A stretch of 64,000 nucleotides of DNA from an uncultured Planctomycetota bacterium (lineage in GTDB: Bacteria; Planctomycetota; Planctomycetia; Isosphaerales; Isosphaeraceae), in the NCBI GenBank assembly GCA_963737655.1, contig CAVTTN010000002.1, positions 4,832,001 through 4,896,000 on the forward strand, written 5' to 3'. Positions 39,611 through 49,691 of the stretch are shown here, in pieces. The translations under genes and the position numbers were made by a program. How positions within the stretch are numbered: the first letter of the stretch is position 1; every line of letters begins with the position of its first letter. Below the pieces are notes generated by a model, which did no database searches, was not told the origin of the DNA, and saw nothing but the letters and a program-made list of their open reading frames with translations.

Positions 39611-40897
39611 ATGAAGGGCGGCGACGGGAGTCTTTTCGGCCGGTTTCGCTCGGCGGGCGCGGTGATGCGTCGAGGCCGGGCGGGACCGGCCGACGACGGC
39701 GGCGGCTCAAGCCTCGCAGCGCCCGATTCCGCCGGCTCGACCGGCCTGGACCTCAAGGCCGAGATCGGCCAAACCGCCATCTCCTTTCGGGGTTACGACG
39801 TTGCGAACCTCGGGCGGACCGCCGAGATCCTGAATCACCCGACCTACGGCCCGATCCTCGCCGACGAGCTGGCCGAAGCCTCGGTCGTCGCCTCCGACAC
39901 GCTCCACCGCCCGGTGGACCTGGCCGGCTACGTCCGCGAAGGGCGGCCGACCGCCCTGGCCGACTTCCCCCTGGACGTCGCGATGATCGTGGCCGTGGAA
40001 CTGGGACAGTTGAGGATCCTCGAGGAGGTGTTCGGCGTCCCGGTCCGCCGCGCGAAGCTGAGCTTCGGCTACAGCATCGGCGAGCTCTCGGCGATGGTCC
40101 TCGGCGGGTCGTTCCGGCTCGACGAGATCTTGCCCGTGCCCCTGGCCCTGGCCGAGGACTGCGCCAGCCTCGCCCCCGACACCTCGATGGGCATCCTCTT
40201 CACCCGGGCCCCGGTCCTGCCGGAGGAGGCCGTCGAGCGTCTCTGCGCGGCGGTGAGCGCCGAGGGGCACGGGCTGGTCGCGCCGTCGGCCTTCCTGTCG
40301 CCCAACACGGCCCTGCTGCTGGGTCAGGGCGACACGATCTCGCGAGTCGAGGCGCTGAAGGACCGCTTCCTGCCTCCGAAGGTCATGCTTCGCCGCAACC
40401 CGAACAAGTGGCCGCCGTTGCACACGCCGCTCGTCCGCGAGAAGAACATCCCGAACCGGACGGCCGTGGCCATGTACAAGATCGCCGGAAATCGGCCCGC
40501 GCCGATGCCCCCGGTGCTCTCCTGCGTGACCGGCAAGTACTGCCCCGATGGCGCCAACCTCCGGGAACTGCTGATCCAGTGGACCGAGAGGCCGCAACGG
40601 CTCTGGGACGCGATCGACGCGACCCTGGCGGCGGGGGTCTCGACGGTGATCCACGTCGGCCCGGCGCCGAACCTCGTCCCGGCCACGTTCGAACGGCTGA
40701 CCACGAACGTGAACAAGCACCTCGGGAACAAGTACGTGAGGGGGATGATCCGGGGGATGAACCGGATGAGCTGGCTCTCGACGATGCTGCCGCATCGGGC
40801 GGCGTTGTTGAGGGCGCCGTTCCTCCATCACGTGATCCTGGAAGACTGGCTCCTGGACGTGGCCGCCGTGCCGACGGTCTCCGCCCCGGCGGCGTGA
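39611..40897 (+). CDS. Acyltransferase-domain protein (FabD/ACP S-malonyltransferase-like)
   Basis: GYSIGELSA nucleophile elbow, PPLHTPL, HVGP; start approximate. Confidence 0.75.
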   Translation: MKGGDGSLFGRFRSAGAVMRRGRAGPADDGGGSSLAAPDSAGSTGLDLKAEIGQTAISFRGYDVANLGRTAEILNHPTYGPILADELAEASVVASDTLHRPVDLAGYVREGRPTALADFPLDVAMIVAVELGQLRILEEVFGVPVRRAKLSFGYSIGELSAMVLGGSFRLDEILPVPLALAEDCASLAPDTSMGILFTRAPVLPEEAVERLCAAVSAEGHGLVAPSAFLSPNTALLLGQGDTISRVEALKDRFLPPKVMLRRNPNKWPPLHTPLVREKNIPNRTAVAMYKIAGNRPAPMPPVLSCVTGKYCPDGANLRELLIQWTERPQRLWDAIDATLAAGVSTVIHVGPAPNLVPATFERLTTNVNKHLGNKYVRGMIRGMNRMSWLSTMLPHRAALLRAPFLHHVILEDWLLDVAAVPTVSAPAA

Positions 40898-40999
40898 TCG
40901 CGGATCGCATTTCGCCGGGTCGGATGGCCCGAAGGCCGTCCGGCTTTCGTAGAATGGGCAGCCGCCGACCGACCTCAACCCCGAAGGAGTGGCCAAGTC

Positions 41000-42937
41000 A
41001 TGCCTCAGGACCTGAAAGAGCCGGAGGCCCAGACGTTCGTCGAGGTCGCCCTGACGCTCGGGGGCAAGAGCGCCGAGGAGGCCCGGACGACCGGCAAGCT
41101 CGACCGCGCCGACGAGCAGGTCGAAGACCTGTTCGCGCCGAGATATCAGACCTCTCAGAGCCCCGCGCACCGGGCCGTCTGGGACCATCACCTGCCCGTC
41201 GACCTCTTCCTCCCCCAGCCGTCGGAAGTCCCCCCCGCGTGCAAGAAGGTGATGGACGACTCCCTGGCCGTGGTGAAGCGGAGGAAGGCCGAGAAGACGC
41301 TCCTGGACGATCGCGGCAAGGTCTCCGACGACACGCTCCACGAGCTCGCCGGGGTCGGCTACTGGGGCCTCCTCGTCGATCGCGAGTACGGAGGCCAGGG
41401 CGCCCCGTTCTCGGCGTTCGCGAAGTTCCTGGCGAAGATGGCGGCGATCGACGCGACCGTCGCGGGCCTGGCGTCGGTCCACGGCTGCATCGGCGCCGTG
41501 GACCCCCTGAGGACCTTCGGCACCGCCGAGCAGAAGGCCCGCATCCTCCCGCGATTGGCCAGCGGCGAGCGCCTCTCCGCCTTCGCGCTGACCGAGCCCA
41601 ACGCGGGATCGGACCTCACGGCCCTGCGGACGACGGCCCGGCTCGAAGGGGACGATTATCTCGTCACCGGCGAGAAGCTGTTCATCACCAACGCCGTGGC
41701 GGGCCGGACGGTTGGCCTCGTCTGCCTGATCGAGGGGAAGCCGGCCGTCCTGATCGCCGACCTGCCCGACCATGAGGACGAGCATTTCCAGGTGATTGGC
41801 TACGGCCTGTACGCCCTGAAGCACACGAACAACAACGGGCTGAGGTTCCGCGATTTCCGGGTCCCGAAGGAGAACCTGCTCGTCCCCAGCCGAGGCGACG
41901 GCCTGACGGTCGCCTATCACGGCCTGAACCTCGGCCGGGTCGCCCTGTGCGCGGCGGCCTCGGGCACCATGAGGACGATGATGGCGAACATCCTCCCCTG
42001 GGCCCACTTCCGCAAGACGTATGGCGCGGCCATCGAGACGCGGGAGCTGGTCCGGAGGCGGGTCGGCCGGCTCGCGGCGCTGATCGCCGGGTGCGATGCC
42101 CTGGTCGATTGGTGCTCGTGGCTCCTGGACCAGGGATACCGCGGCGAGATGGAATGCGTGGTCGCCAAGATCTTCGGCAGCGAGAGCCAGAAGGAGGCGG
42201 CCATCGAGCTGTTCATGAAGACCCACGGCGGCCGCGCCTTCCTCCACGGCCACCTGTTCGGCGACAACGTCCACGAATATCTCGCCCCGTGCATCTATGA
42301 GGGCGAAGGCGAGATGCTCGGGATGAGCTTCTTCAAGTCGCTGATCAAGGAGCACGGAAAGGCGTTCTTCGAGCCGATCGGCCGGGCGCTGGCGGCCTCG
42401 GGGATCAAGAAGCCAAACATGGCGAACCCGGCCCACGCCTGGGCGTTGCGGAGCGCCCTGGTCCCCTACGCGAAGTGGCGGGCCTCGGAGCTCTTCGCCG
42501 GCAAGAGGCACCCCGAGTGGCCCTCGGACATGCCGGAGAACCTCAAGGCGCACGCCGAGTTCGCCGCCGCCGCGCTGGACCGCAGCCGGATGGAGATCAG
42601 CGCCACGATGGTCAAGCACCAGCTCAAGCTGGCCGACCGCCAGTGCCGGATGAGCGAGCTCTCGGCCCGCCTCCAGGACATGACGATCATGCTCGCCGCG
42701 AGCCTCTGGGGATCGAAGCAGCCCTCGGAGATCACGCGAAAGAGCGTGGATCTCCTCTGCCGGGACCTCAAGCGCAAGCTCACCGGCAAGAGGCCCAGCG
42801 ACGCCGACATCCGGGCCGCCACCGACCTGGGCAAGGCCATCGAGGAAGGCGGCTGGCGGGAGATCTGCGACGGGATCGAGCCCGAGCCGATCCTCATGCC
42901 ATATTCCGACGGTTCGTCGTCCAACGGCAAGGCGTGA
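41000..42937 (+). CDS. Acyl-CoA dehydrogenase
   Basis: AFALTEPNAGSD, GEKLFITNA, LNLGR, THGGR, IYEGEGE. Confidence 0.93.
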   Translation: MPQDLKEPEAQTFVEVALTLGGKSAEEARTTGKLDRADEQVEDLFAPRYQTSQSPAHRAVWDHHLPVDLFLPQPSEVPPACKKVMDDSLAVVKRRKAEKTLLDDRGKVSDDTLHELAGVGYWGLLVDREYGGQGAPFSAFAKFLAKMAAIDATVAGLASVHGCIGAVDPLRTFGTAEQKARILPRLASGERLSAFALTEPNAGSDLTALRTTARLEGDDYLVTGEKLFITNAVAGRTVGLVCLIEGKPAVLIADLPDHEDEHFQVIGYGLYALKHTNNNGLRFRDFRVPKENLLVPSRGDGLTVAYHGLNLGRVALCAAASGTMRTMMANILPWAHFRKTYGAAIETRELVRRRVGRLAALIAGCDALVDWCSWLLDQGYRGEMECVVAKIFGSESQKEAAIELFMKTHGGRAFLHGHLFGDNVHEYLAPCIYEGEGEMLGMSFFKSLIKEHGKAFFEPIGRALAASGIKKPNMANPAHAWALRSALVPYAKWRASELFAGKRHPEWPSDMPENLKAHAEFAAAALDRSRMEISATMVKHQLKLADRQCRMSELSARLQDMTIMLAASLWGSKQPSEITRKSVDLLCRDLKRKLTGKRPSDADIRAATDLGKAIEEGGWREICDGIEPEPILMPYSDGSSSNGKA

Positions 42938-42969
42938 TCGGCGAGGCCGAAGGGATCGGAGGATCGCCG

Positions 42970-43761
42970 ATGGCGCTATCTCCCGAGGATCACCGGGCGG
43001 TCGAGCGGGTCGCGGACCTTCTCGACCCCTCGAAACGGCTCCTGTTCGTCACCGGGGCCGGGATCTCGGCCGATTCCGGCCTGCCGACCTATCGAGGCGT
43101 CGGCGGCCTCTACGCCGATCGCCCCACGCCGATGGGCTGGCGGATCGAGGAGGTACTCTCCGGCGACATGATGGCCATCCGGCCGGACCTCACCTGGAAA
43201 TACCTCGCCGAGATCGCCGACGCCAGCCGAGGGGCCACCTTCAACCGGGGACACTCGGTGATCGCCGAGATGGAGGCCCATTTCGCCGACGTCTGGACGC
43301 TCACGCAGAACGTGGACGGCTTCCACCGCGCCGCCGGATCAACCCAAGTGATCGACATCCACGGCGACATGAACCGGCTGATCTGCCCGAAGTGCCGATG
43401 GTCGGGCGACACCCGATCGTTCAAGATCGAGACGCTGCCGCCCCCGTGCCCGCGATGCGCGAAGCCGATCCGCCCCGACGTCGTCCTGTTCGGCGAGATG
43501 CTCGCGAAGGAGAAGTTGGCGGTCCTCCAGGAGCAGATGGCTCGCGGATTCGACGTCGTCTTCTCGATCGGGACCAGCAGCCTGTTCCCCTACATCATCG
43601 AGCCCGTCATGCTCGCCCACGAAGCGGGGGTGCCGACCGTCGAGATCAACCCCGGCGAGACCGAGATCGCCGACCTGATCGAGATCAAGATCGCCGCCGG
43701 AGCCGCCGAGGCCCTCGATGCCATCTGGAGCCGTTATCGGGACGGCCGGGGTTCGGACTGA
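42970..43761 (+). CDS. cobB: NAD-dependent protein deacylase (sirtuin)
   Basis: TGAGISADSG, TQNVDGFH, HG, CxxC..CxxC, RPDVVLFGE, GTS, EINP. Confidence 0.92.
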   Translation: MALSPEDHRAVERVADLLDPSKRLLFVTGAGISADSGLPTYRGVGGLYADRPTPMGWRIEEVLSGDMMAIRPDLTWKYLAEIADASRGATFNRGHSVIAEMEAHFADVWTLTQNVDGFHRAAGSTQVIDIHGDMNRLICPKCRWSGDTRSFKIETLPPPCPRCAKPIRPDVVLFGEMLAKEKLAVLQEQMARGFDVVFSIGTSSLFPYIIEPVMLAHEAGVPTVEINPGETEIADLIEIKIAAGAAEALDAIWSRYRDGRGSD

Positions 43762-43803
43762 CGATTGCCCCGTCACGACTCCCCGGCGAAAGGGAAGGCT
43801 CGG

Positions 43804-43827
43804 GTAGGTCCGACTTCAGTCGGGCCT
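43804..43827 (+). repeat. REP, same sequence as the RAYT-flanking REPs
   Basis: GTAGGTCCGACTTCAGTCGGGCCT. Confidence 0.85.
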
Positions 43828-43910
43828 TCTCGGTCGGTCGAACCGACCGGGGTATTCGACCGAGCAACCGACGAGCGTTTTCCAGCGAAAAAATGCAAAA
43901 TCGCAAGGAT

Positions 43911-44246
43911 TCAAATATTAAGTTGCATGGCCGTCCTGGCCGCGATCCCCGCGCGAAGGCGGGCCCGGAGAGGGGAATCCGGCTTCGAAGGAGCGGCCCG
44001 ACTCTCGGCCACTTCCGCCGCGATCTCGGCGTCGATCTCGGCCTGATGATCCCAGAAATAGAGCATCGCCGCGTGGGCCTCGGCGGGGGTCAGCCCGGGA
44101 TGTTGTCGGCACATCTGGTCGGGAAACCAGCCATGGGCGAGGTAATCCATCGCCACCTGGGCGACGCGGATTCTCGGCAGCCTTTCCAGCCGGGGCGATC
44201 CTCCCGGCGGCTCCTCGATGTGCGGATATTGGACTTCGACGGCCAT
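43911..44246 (-). CDS. DUF433 domain protein (antitoxin-like)
   Basis: PRIRVAQV, HPGLTPAEAHAAMLYFWDHQAEID. Confidence 0.8.
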   Translation of the reverse strand: MAVEVQYPHIEEPPGGSPRLERLPRIRVAQVAMDYLAHGWFPDQMCRQHPGLTPAEAHAAMLYFWDHQAEIDAEIAAEVAESRAAPSKPDSPLRARLRAGIAARTAMQLNI

Positions 44247-44352
44247 CCCGTCCTCCCTCGCGACCCGGTCCCATCGTAGGATGCGAGCGGGGCGTCCGCC
44301 AGACGTTTTTCTCGATGGACCCGGGCCGCGAACCTTTTCGATTGGGGGAACC

Positions 44353-46500
44353 ATGCCAGGCGCCTTCCGCCTCGAGGAGCGCGACGACAAGGTCGCCGTC
44401 CTCACCTTCGACCTTCCCGACAAGAAGGTCAACACGCTGGGTCGGGAGGTCCTCGACGAGCTCGGCGGGGTCGTCCGCGCGCTCTCGACGAGGACCGACC
44501 TTCGCGGCCTCCTGTTCGTCAGCGGCAAGCCCGGCCAGTTCATCGCCGGGGCCGACTTGAACGAGCTGGGCGCGATGGCGTTCGCCTCCAGGGAGCAGGT
44601 CGAGCAGGCCCTCGGCTTCGGCCATGTCCTGTTCGGCGCCGTCTCGAAGCTGCCGTTCCCCACCGTCGCCCTGATCGACGGCAATTGCATGGGCGGCGGC
44701 ACCGAGCTCGTCCTGTCGATGGACGAGCGGATCGTCTCGGATGCGTCTCACACCAAGATCGCGCTGCCCGAGGTCAAGGTCGGGCTGATCCCGGCCTGGG
44801 GCGGCACGCAGAGGCTCCCTAGGCTCGTCGGCGTGAACCCCGCGGTCGAGATGATCACCTCGGGCGAGGGGGTGGACGCCAAGAAGGCCGCCGCCATCGG
44901 CCTCGCGTTCGACGCCGTCCCCGCCGATCGCCTGATCGACGAGGGCCTGAGGCGGATCGAGGCCCTCCGCGAGGGGGACGAGTGGGCCAAGCTCCGCAAG
45001 ACGAGGTCGCAGCCCGCGGGCCTGAGCGCCGATCAGAGGCAATTCGCCTTCGGAGTGGCCGAAGGGGCGATCCGGGGCAAGACCAAGGGGCAATATCCCG
45101 CCCCGCTCGTGGCCCTTCACGCGATCCGGGACGGCTGCAACCTCACTCTGGAGGAAGGCATCGCCGTCGAGAAGAAGGCGGCCCTGGACGTGGTCGGCTC
45201 GCCGATCTCCGCCGCGCTGATCGGCGTGTTCTTCCTCCAGACGAAGGCCGGTCGCGACCCCGGCGTGACCGACCCCAGCGTCAAGCCCCGCGACGTGAAG
45301 CGAGTGGGCGTCCTCGGCGCCGGCCTGATGGGATCAGGGATCGCCACGGCCCACGCGCGCTCGAAAATCCCTGCGGAAATGGTGGACGTCGATGACGCGA
45401 GGATCGCCGACGGCCTGAAGAGGGCCGAAGACGTCGTGATGAGTCGGATCAAGATCGGCCGGGCGCAGCCTCAGGACATGGTGGACATGCTCGCCCACCT
45501 GAGCACGTCCACATCCCAGAAGATTTTCGCCGACGCCGACGTGGTGATCGAGGCCGTGACCGAGGACGAGGCGGTCAAGACCGCCATGTTCCGCGACCTG
45601 GCCTCCGTGATGAAGGACGGGGCGATCCTCGCGAGCAACACCTCCACGATCTCGATCACGAGGATGGCCGAATCGGCGCCCTCGGCCGATCGGTTCATCG
45701 GCATGCATTTCTTCTCGCCGGTGGACCGGATGGAGCTGGTCGAGGTCGTCCGGGGCGAGAAGACCAGCGACGAGACCGTGGCCACGATCGTGGCGCTCGC
45801 CCGGAAGATCCGCAAGACGCCGATCGTGGTGAAGGATTGCCCCGGGTTCCTCGTCAATCGCGTGCTGTTCCCGTACATGAACGAGGCGCTCGTGATGCTG
45901 GCCGAGGGCGTGCCGATGGACGCCATCGACGCCGCCGCCGAGGCCTTCGGGATGCCGATGGGGCCGATCGCCCTGGAGGACATGGTCGGCCTCGACGTGG
46001 CCGCCTACGCCGGCCGGGTGCTCGCGAACGCGTATCCCGATCGCGCCGTGCCGACGCCGATCCTGCTCGATCTGGTGAAGTCCGGCCGCCTGGGGAAGAA
46101 GACCGGCGCCGGCTTCCGCAAGTTCTCGGGCAAGGGCAAGCCGACGAATGACCCGGCGTTCGACGCCCTCCTCGCCAAGCATCGCTCGGGCGAATCCCAG
46201 CTCTCGGCCGACGCGATCCAGGACCGCCTGTTCCTCCCCATGCTCCTGGAGGCGTCGCGAGTCCTGGAAGAAGGGATCGTCCGCGAGCCGGGGGACGTGG
46301 ACCTCGGCCTGATCCTCGGCACCGGCTTCCCGCCGTTCAAGGGCGGGCTGCTGAGATGGGCCGACACGGTCGGGGCGAAGGCAATCGTGGAAAAAACCGA
46401 GGCGCTCCGGCACCTCGGCAAGCGGTTCGAGCCGACCGAAACGCTCGTCCGGATGGCCCGGACGGGCGAGACGTTCTATCCTCGGCCGAAGCTGGGTTGA
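44353..46500 (+). CDS. fadB: Multifunctional enoyl-CoA hydratase / 3-hydroxyacyl-CoA dehydrogenase (FadB/FadJ)
   Basis: FIAGADL, GGGTEL, LPEVKVGL, GAGLMGSGIA, ASNTSTI, GMHFFSP, PGFLVNR. Confidence 0.94.
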   Translation: MPGAFRLEERDDKVAVLTFDLPDKKVNTLGREVLDELGGVVRALSTRTDLRGLLFVSGKPGQFIAGADLNELGAMAFASREQVEQALGFGHVLFGAVSKLPFPTVALIDGNCMGGGTELVLSMDERIVSDASHTKIALPEVKVGLIPAWGGTQRLPRLVGVNPAVEMITSGEGVDAKKAAAIGLAFDAVPADRLIDEGLRRIEALREGDEWAKLRKTRSQPAGLSADQRQFAFGVAEGAIRGKTKGQYPAPLVALHAIRDGCNLTLEEGIAVEKKAALDVVGSPISAALIGVFFLQTKAGRDPGVTDPSVKPRDVKRVGVLGAGLMGSGIATAHARSKIPAEMVDVDDARIADGLKRAEDVVMSRIKIGRAQPQDMVDMLAHLSTSTSQKIFADADVVIEAVTEDEAVKTAMFRDLASVMKDGAILASNTSTISITRMAESAPSADRFIGMHFFSPVDRMELVEVVRGEKTSDETVATIVALARKIRKTPIVVKDCPGFLVNRVLFPYMNEALVMLAEGVPMDAIDAAAEAFGMPMGPIALEDMVGLDVAAYAGRVLANAYPDRAVPTPILLDLVKSGRLGKKTGAGFRKFSGKGKPTNDPAFDALLAKHRSGESQLSADAIQDRLFLPMLLEASRVLEEGIVREPGDVDLGLILGTGFPPFKGGLLRWADTVGAKAIVEKTEALRHLGKRFEPTETLVRMARTGETFYPRPKLG

Positions 46501-46533
46501 GTCGGCCCCACCAAGTTATCGGGGGGAGAAGAA

Positions 46534-47206
46534 CGAGTAGGTCCGACTTCAGTCGGGCCTACACATCTCTTATCATCAATCCATGAAATTCCATATCGGG
46601 CAAATCATTTCAAGTTATATTAAATTTCCGAACGAATTGGAGGTCCCCCGATGGCGGAAGGCGAGTATTCCCGGAGATTCGTAACCGAGCGCCCCCGATT
46701 CGGTCGTCATCATTTGCCTCACCATCAGATGGGCGGTAGTACGTACTTCGTCACGTTTCGCTCGGCCCGGGGCGTCTTGCCCGATCAGGCCCTGGCGGCC
46801 TTGAGAGATCACCTGAGCGAGGGGCATGGAGGCCTGTTCGACCTGGCGTTCGGCGTAATCATGCCCGATCACGTGCATCTCCTCTTGAGACCTCGGCCTC
46901 ATTCGCCCGGCCTCTGGCATGACTTGGGCGCGATCATGAAGTCGATCAAGGGGGGAAGCGCGAGGAAGATCAATCGAATCCTCGGGACCGAGAGGGCCGT
47001 CTGGCAGAAGGAATCCTTCGATCGGATCGTCCCCGACGATGCCGAGTTCGAGCAGAAATGGGATTACATGGTGAATAATCCGCGAAAAGCGGGGCTGGTC
47101 GAGGATTCGGAGGATGACCGCTTCTTCATCAGGCCGGTCGATGAGGGCAACTCGTCGAGGGAATCGGGGACGGTTTTGTAGGCCCGACTGAAGTCGGACC
47201 TACTCG
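46534..47206 (+). mobile_element. REPtron: RAYT gene flanked by 30-bp perfect inverted REPs (46534-46563, 47177-47206)
   Basis: CGAGTAGGTCCGACTTCAGTCGGGCCTACA / TGTAGGCCCGACTGAAGTCGGACCTACTCG. Confidence 0.85.
46651..47181 (+). CDS. REP-associated tyrosine transposase (RAYT, HUH Y1 family)
   Basis: LPH, YFVTF, MPDHVHLL (HUH), WQKESFDR, YMVNNPRKAGL. Confidence 0.9.
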   Translation: MAEGEYSRRFVTERPRFGRHHLPHHQMGGSTYFVTFRSARGVLPDQALAALRDHLSEGHGGLFDLAFGVIMPDHVHLLLRPRPHSPGLWHDLGAIMKSIKGGSARKINRILGTERAVWQKESFDRIVPDDAEFEQKWDYMVNNPRKAGLVEDSEDDRFFIRPVDEGNSSRESGTVL

Positions 47207-47245
47207 GCAAGCCACACAACAGAACATGTTCGAGGGAGACTTGCG

Positions 47246-48412
47246 ATGAGACGCGCCGTGATCGTCGAGGCCGTCCGCACGCCGATCGGGCGGGCCTCGG
47301 CCGACAAGGGATACTTTCGCGACGTCCGCGCCGACGAGCTCTCGGCCGGGCTCGATGAACGCGCTGATCGGGCGCACCGGGATCGACCCGAAGCTGATCG
47401 AGGACGTCCGCTGGGGCTGCGTCCAGCAGCAGGGGGAGCAGGGGTTCGACGTGGCCAGGATCGCCGCGCTGATCGCCGGGCTGCCGGTCGAGGTCGGCGG
47501 CGTGACGATCAACCGCAACTGCGCCAGCAGCCTCCAGGCGATCAACGACTCGGCCATGAGCATCGCCGCCGAGTGCGAAGACGTCCAGATCGCCGGGGGC
47601 GTCGAACACATGGACCACATCCCCATGTCCAAGGATTACAACCCGAGCCGCTCTTGTTCCGGAAGAACAGCGAGGCGATCAACCACATGGGCCTCACCGC
47701 CGAGTACCTGGCGATGAAGTACCGCATCCCCCGGCAGAAGCAGGACGAATTCGCGCTGAGGAGCCACCTCCTTGCGGCGAAGGCCACCGACGCCGGCCTG
47801 TTCCTCAACGAGATCGTGCCGACCTACGGCCGCGACGACGCCGGCCACAAGACGAAGCTGACCACCGACCAGTGCATCCGCCGCGATTCGTCGATCGAGG
47901 CCCTCGCCGCGCTGCCCCCGGCGTTCAACCCGGCCGGAGGCTCGGTCACGGCGGGCAACAGCTCGCCGATCAACGTCGGGGCCGCCGCCCTGCTCGTCAT
48001 GTCCGAGGACAAGGCCAGGGAGCTCGGCCTCGAACCGCTGGCCCGGGTGAGGTCGATGGCGGTGGCGGGCGTCGATCCCTCCGAGATGGGCATCGGCCCC
48101 GTCCCGGCCACCCACAAGGCCCTCAAGCGGGCCGGCCTCTCGCTCGACGACATCGGCTGCATCGAGCTCAACGAGGCGTTCGCGGTCCAGGTCCTCGCGG
48201 TGATGAAGCTGCTCGGCCTCAAGGAGAAGGACGAGCCCAGGATCAACGCCAGAGGGGGCTCGATCGCCATCGGCCACCCCCTGGGAGCCAGCGGAGCCCG
48301 GATCACCACCACGCTCCTCCACCGGATGCGCGACGAAGGCCAATCGCTCGGCCTGGCCACCATGTGCGTCGGCCAGGGGCAGGGCGTGGCGACGATCTTC
48401 GAGCGGGTGTGA
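47246..48412 (+). CDS. fadA: Acetyl-CoA C-acyltransferase (thiolase); compensating frameshifts near 47350 and 47650
   Basis: VRTPIG; INRNCASS in the alternate frame (47355-47717 ORF); TAGNSS, NEAFA, GHPLGASG, MCVGQGQG. Confidence 0.9.
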   Translation: MRRAVIVEAVRTPIGRASADKGYFRDVRADELSAGLDERADRAHRDRPEADRGRPLGLRPAAGGAGVRRGQDRRADRRAAGRGRRRDDQPQLRQQPPGDQRLGHEHRRRVRRRPDRRGRRTHGPHPHVQGLQPEPLLFRKNSEAINHMGLTAEYLAMKYRIPRQKQDEFALRSHLLAAKATDAGLFLNEIVPTYGRDDAGHKTKLTTDQCIRRDSSIEALAALPPAFNPAGGSVTAGNSSPINVGAAALLVMSEDKARELGLEPLARVRSMAVAGVDPSEMGIGPVPATHKALKRAGLSLDDIGCIELNEAFAVQVLAVMKLLGLKEKDEPRINARGGSIAIGHPLGASGARITTTLLHRMRDEGQSLGLATMCVGQGQGVATIFERV

Positions 48413-48873
48413 CCCTCAAGACCAGGGACGCCCGCCAAGCCAGGTCGCGGGACGGAGCGGAGACCTCGAGGATCCGTTCCGCCCCCAGCCCTCTCCGCCT
48501 TCTCGGAACGCGCACTGCATACTACAAAACAGAAAAATTTTATAAAAATGAGCTTTTCTTAATATTCAAATGTTCTCTGGTGAGGAGATCACGGCCGCCC
48601 GCCGGCGCTCCGGCTTCGGGGAGGACGGCCCCATTGGTGGCCGAGCCGATCGCCGCGACCGGACTCCGCAGGCGGTCCCGGACTCCGATCGGGGCCTTGA
48701 AACCCTGGTCTCGGGGCTTCGCGATCGTCCGGATGGGGTGAAGAAGCGGCTTGTGTCGGGTTCGCGAGCGGGATAAGCTCTGAGATCGAGGGAGAAGGTC
48801 CGATCCCGATCGGGCTGCCATCCGGAGCGGAGGCACCCTCGGCGGTCGAGTCTCCCCGGGGGTTTCCTCTCGC

Positions 48874-49278
48874 GTGTCCACGTCCCGCAGCTCGGTCCGC
48901 TGGAACTCCCGGCTCGTCGGAGCGGCCTTCGCCCTCCTGACGCTGGCGAGCCTCGCGCCCGACGCGGCTCGAGCCGGTTGCGTGCATCCGGCGACCGAGG
49001 GGGCGGACCACCTGGACCTGCTCCGAGCCGCCGGTTCGCTGGGCGATGCGCCCGCGATGCCGAGACCGGACCCCGGGGGATGCACCGGGCCGTATTGCTC
49101 GAGCCGATCCGATCCGCCGCTCGGGCCTTCCGCCGCCTCGTCCCCGCGGGTGAGCCAGTGGGCGGTCCTGGACCCGCCGCCTCCTCGGATCGCCCGGGCT
49201 TCCTTCCCCCGCCGCCGAGATGGCGGCCGGGCGAAGCCGATCCTCGCGGCCGAAGCGATCTTTCATCCTCCGCGATGA
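48874..49278 (+). CDS. Small secreted Cys/His/Pro-rich protein ending IFHPPR
   Basis: Signal peptide (ARA-GC), CTGPYC, C-terminal HPPR; upstream of the DUF1559 operon. Confidence 0.65.
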   Translation: MSTSRSSVRWNSRLVGAAFALLTLASLAPDAARAGCVHPATEGADHLDLLRAAGSLGDAPAMPRPDPGGCTGPYCSSRSDPPLGPSAASSPRVSQWAVLDPPPPRIARASFPRRRDGGRAKPILAAEAIFHPPR

Positions 49279-49691
49279 GCCTCGCCCGCGGTCTGGTCGC
49301 CGGATCGTCGCGATGACGGTGCGCACCCCCGGGGTGTCGCGCCATCGACCTCGAACCGCCGTTGATCCCTCGGCGAAGCCGCGCCCTGCGCCGGACTGGG
49401 AGGGCCCTCTCCCGATCCGGCCGGCGCCGCCCTTCCTCCGGCGCGATCGGCGACGGCCACGCAGGAAACGCGCCTCGATCCGGCCGCCGTCGCCGTGGGC
49501 GGGCCCGCGCCTTCCGGTTCCACTCCGACGTCGAGAGCCTGAGGTCTCGGGCCGGGCGCCTGCGCCCCGATCGCCCCGACCTCCCGGCCTGCCGGCCACG
49601 CCCCGACGGGTCGGCCGGGTCGCCGCTCCGTCCTCCGGGCGGCTGCGCGACGAGTCTCACTCATCCCTCCTTCTTCAAATGAGAGAATTCC

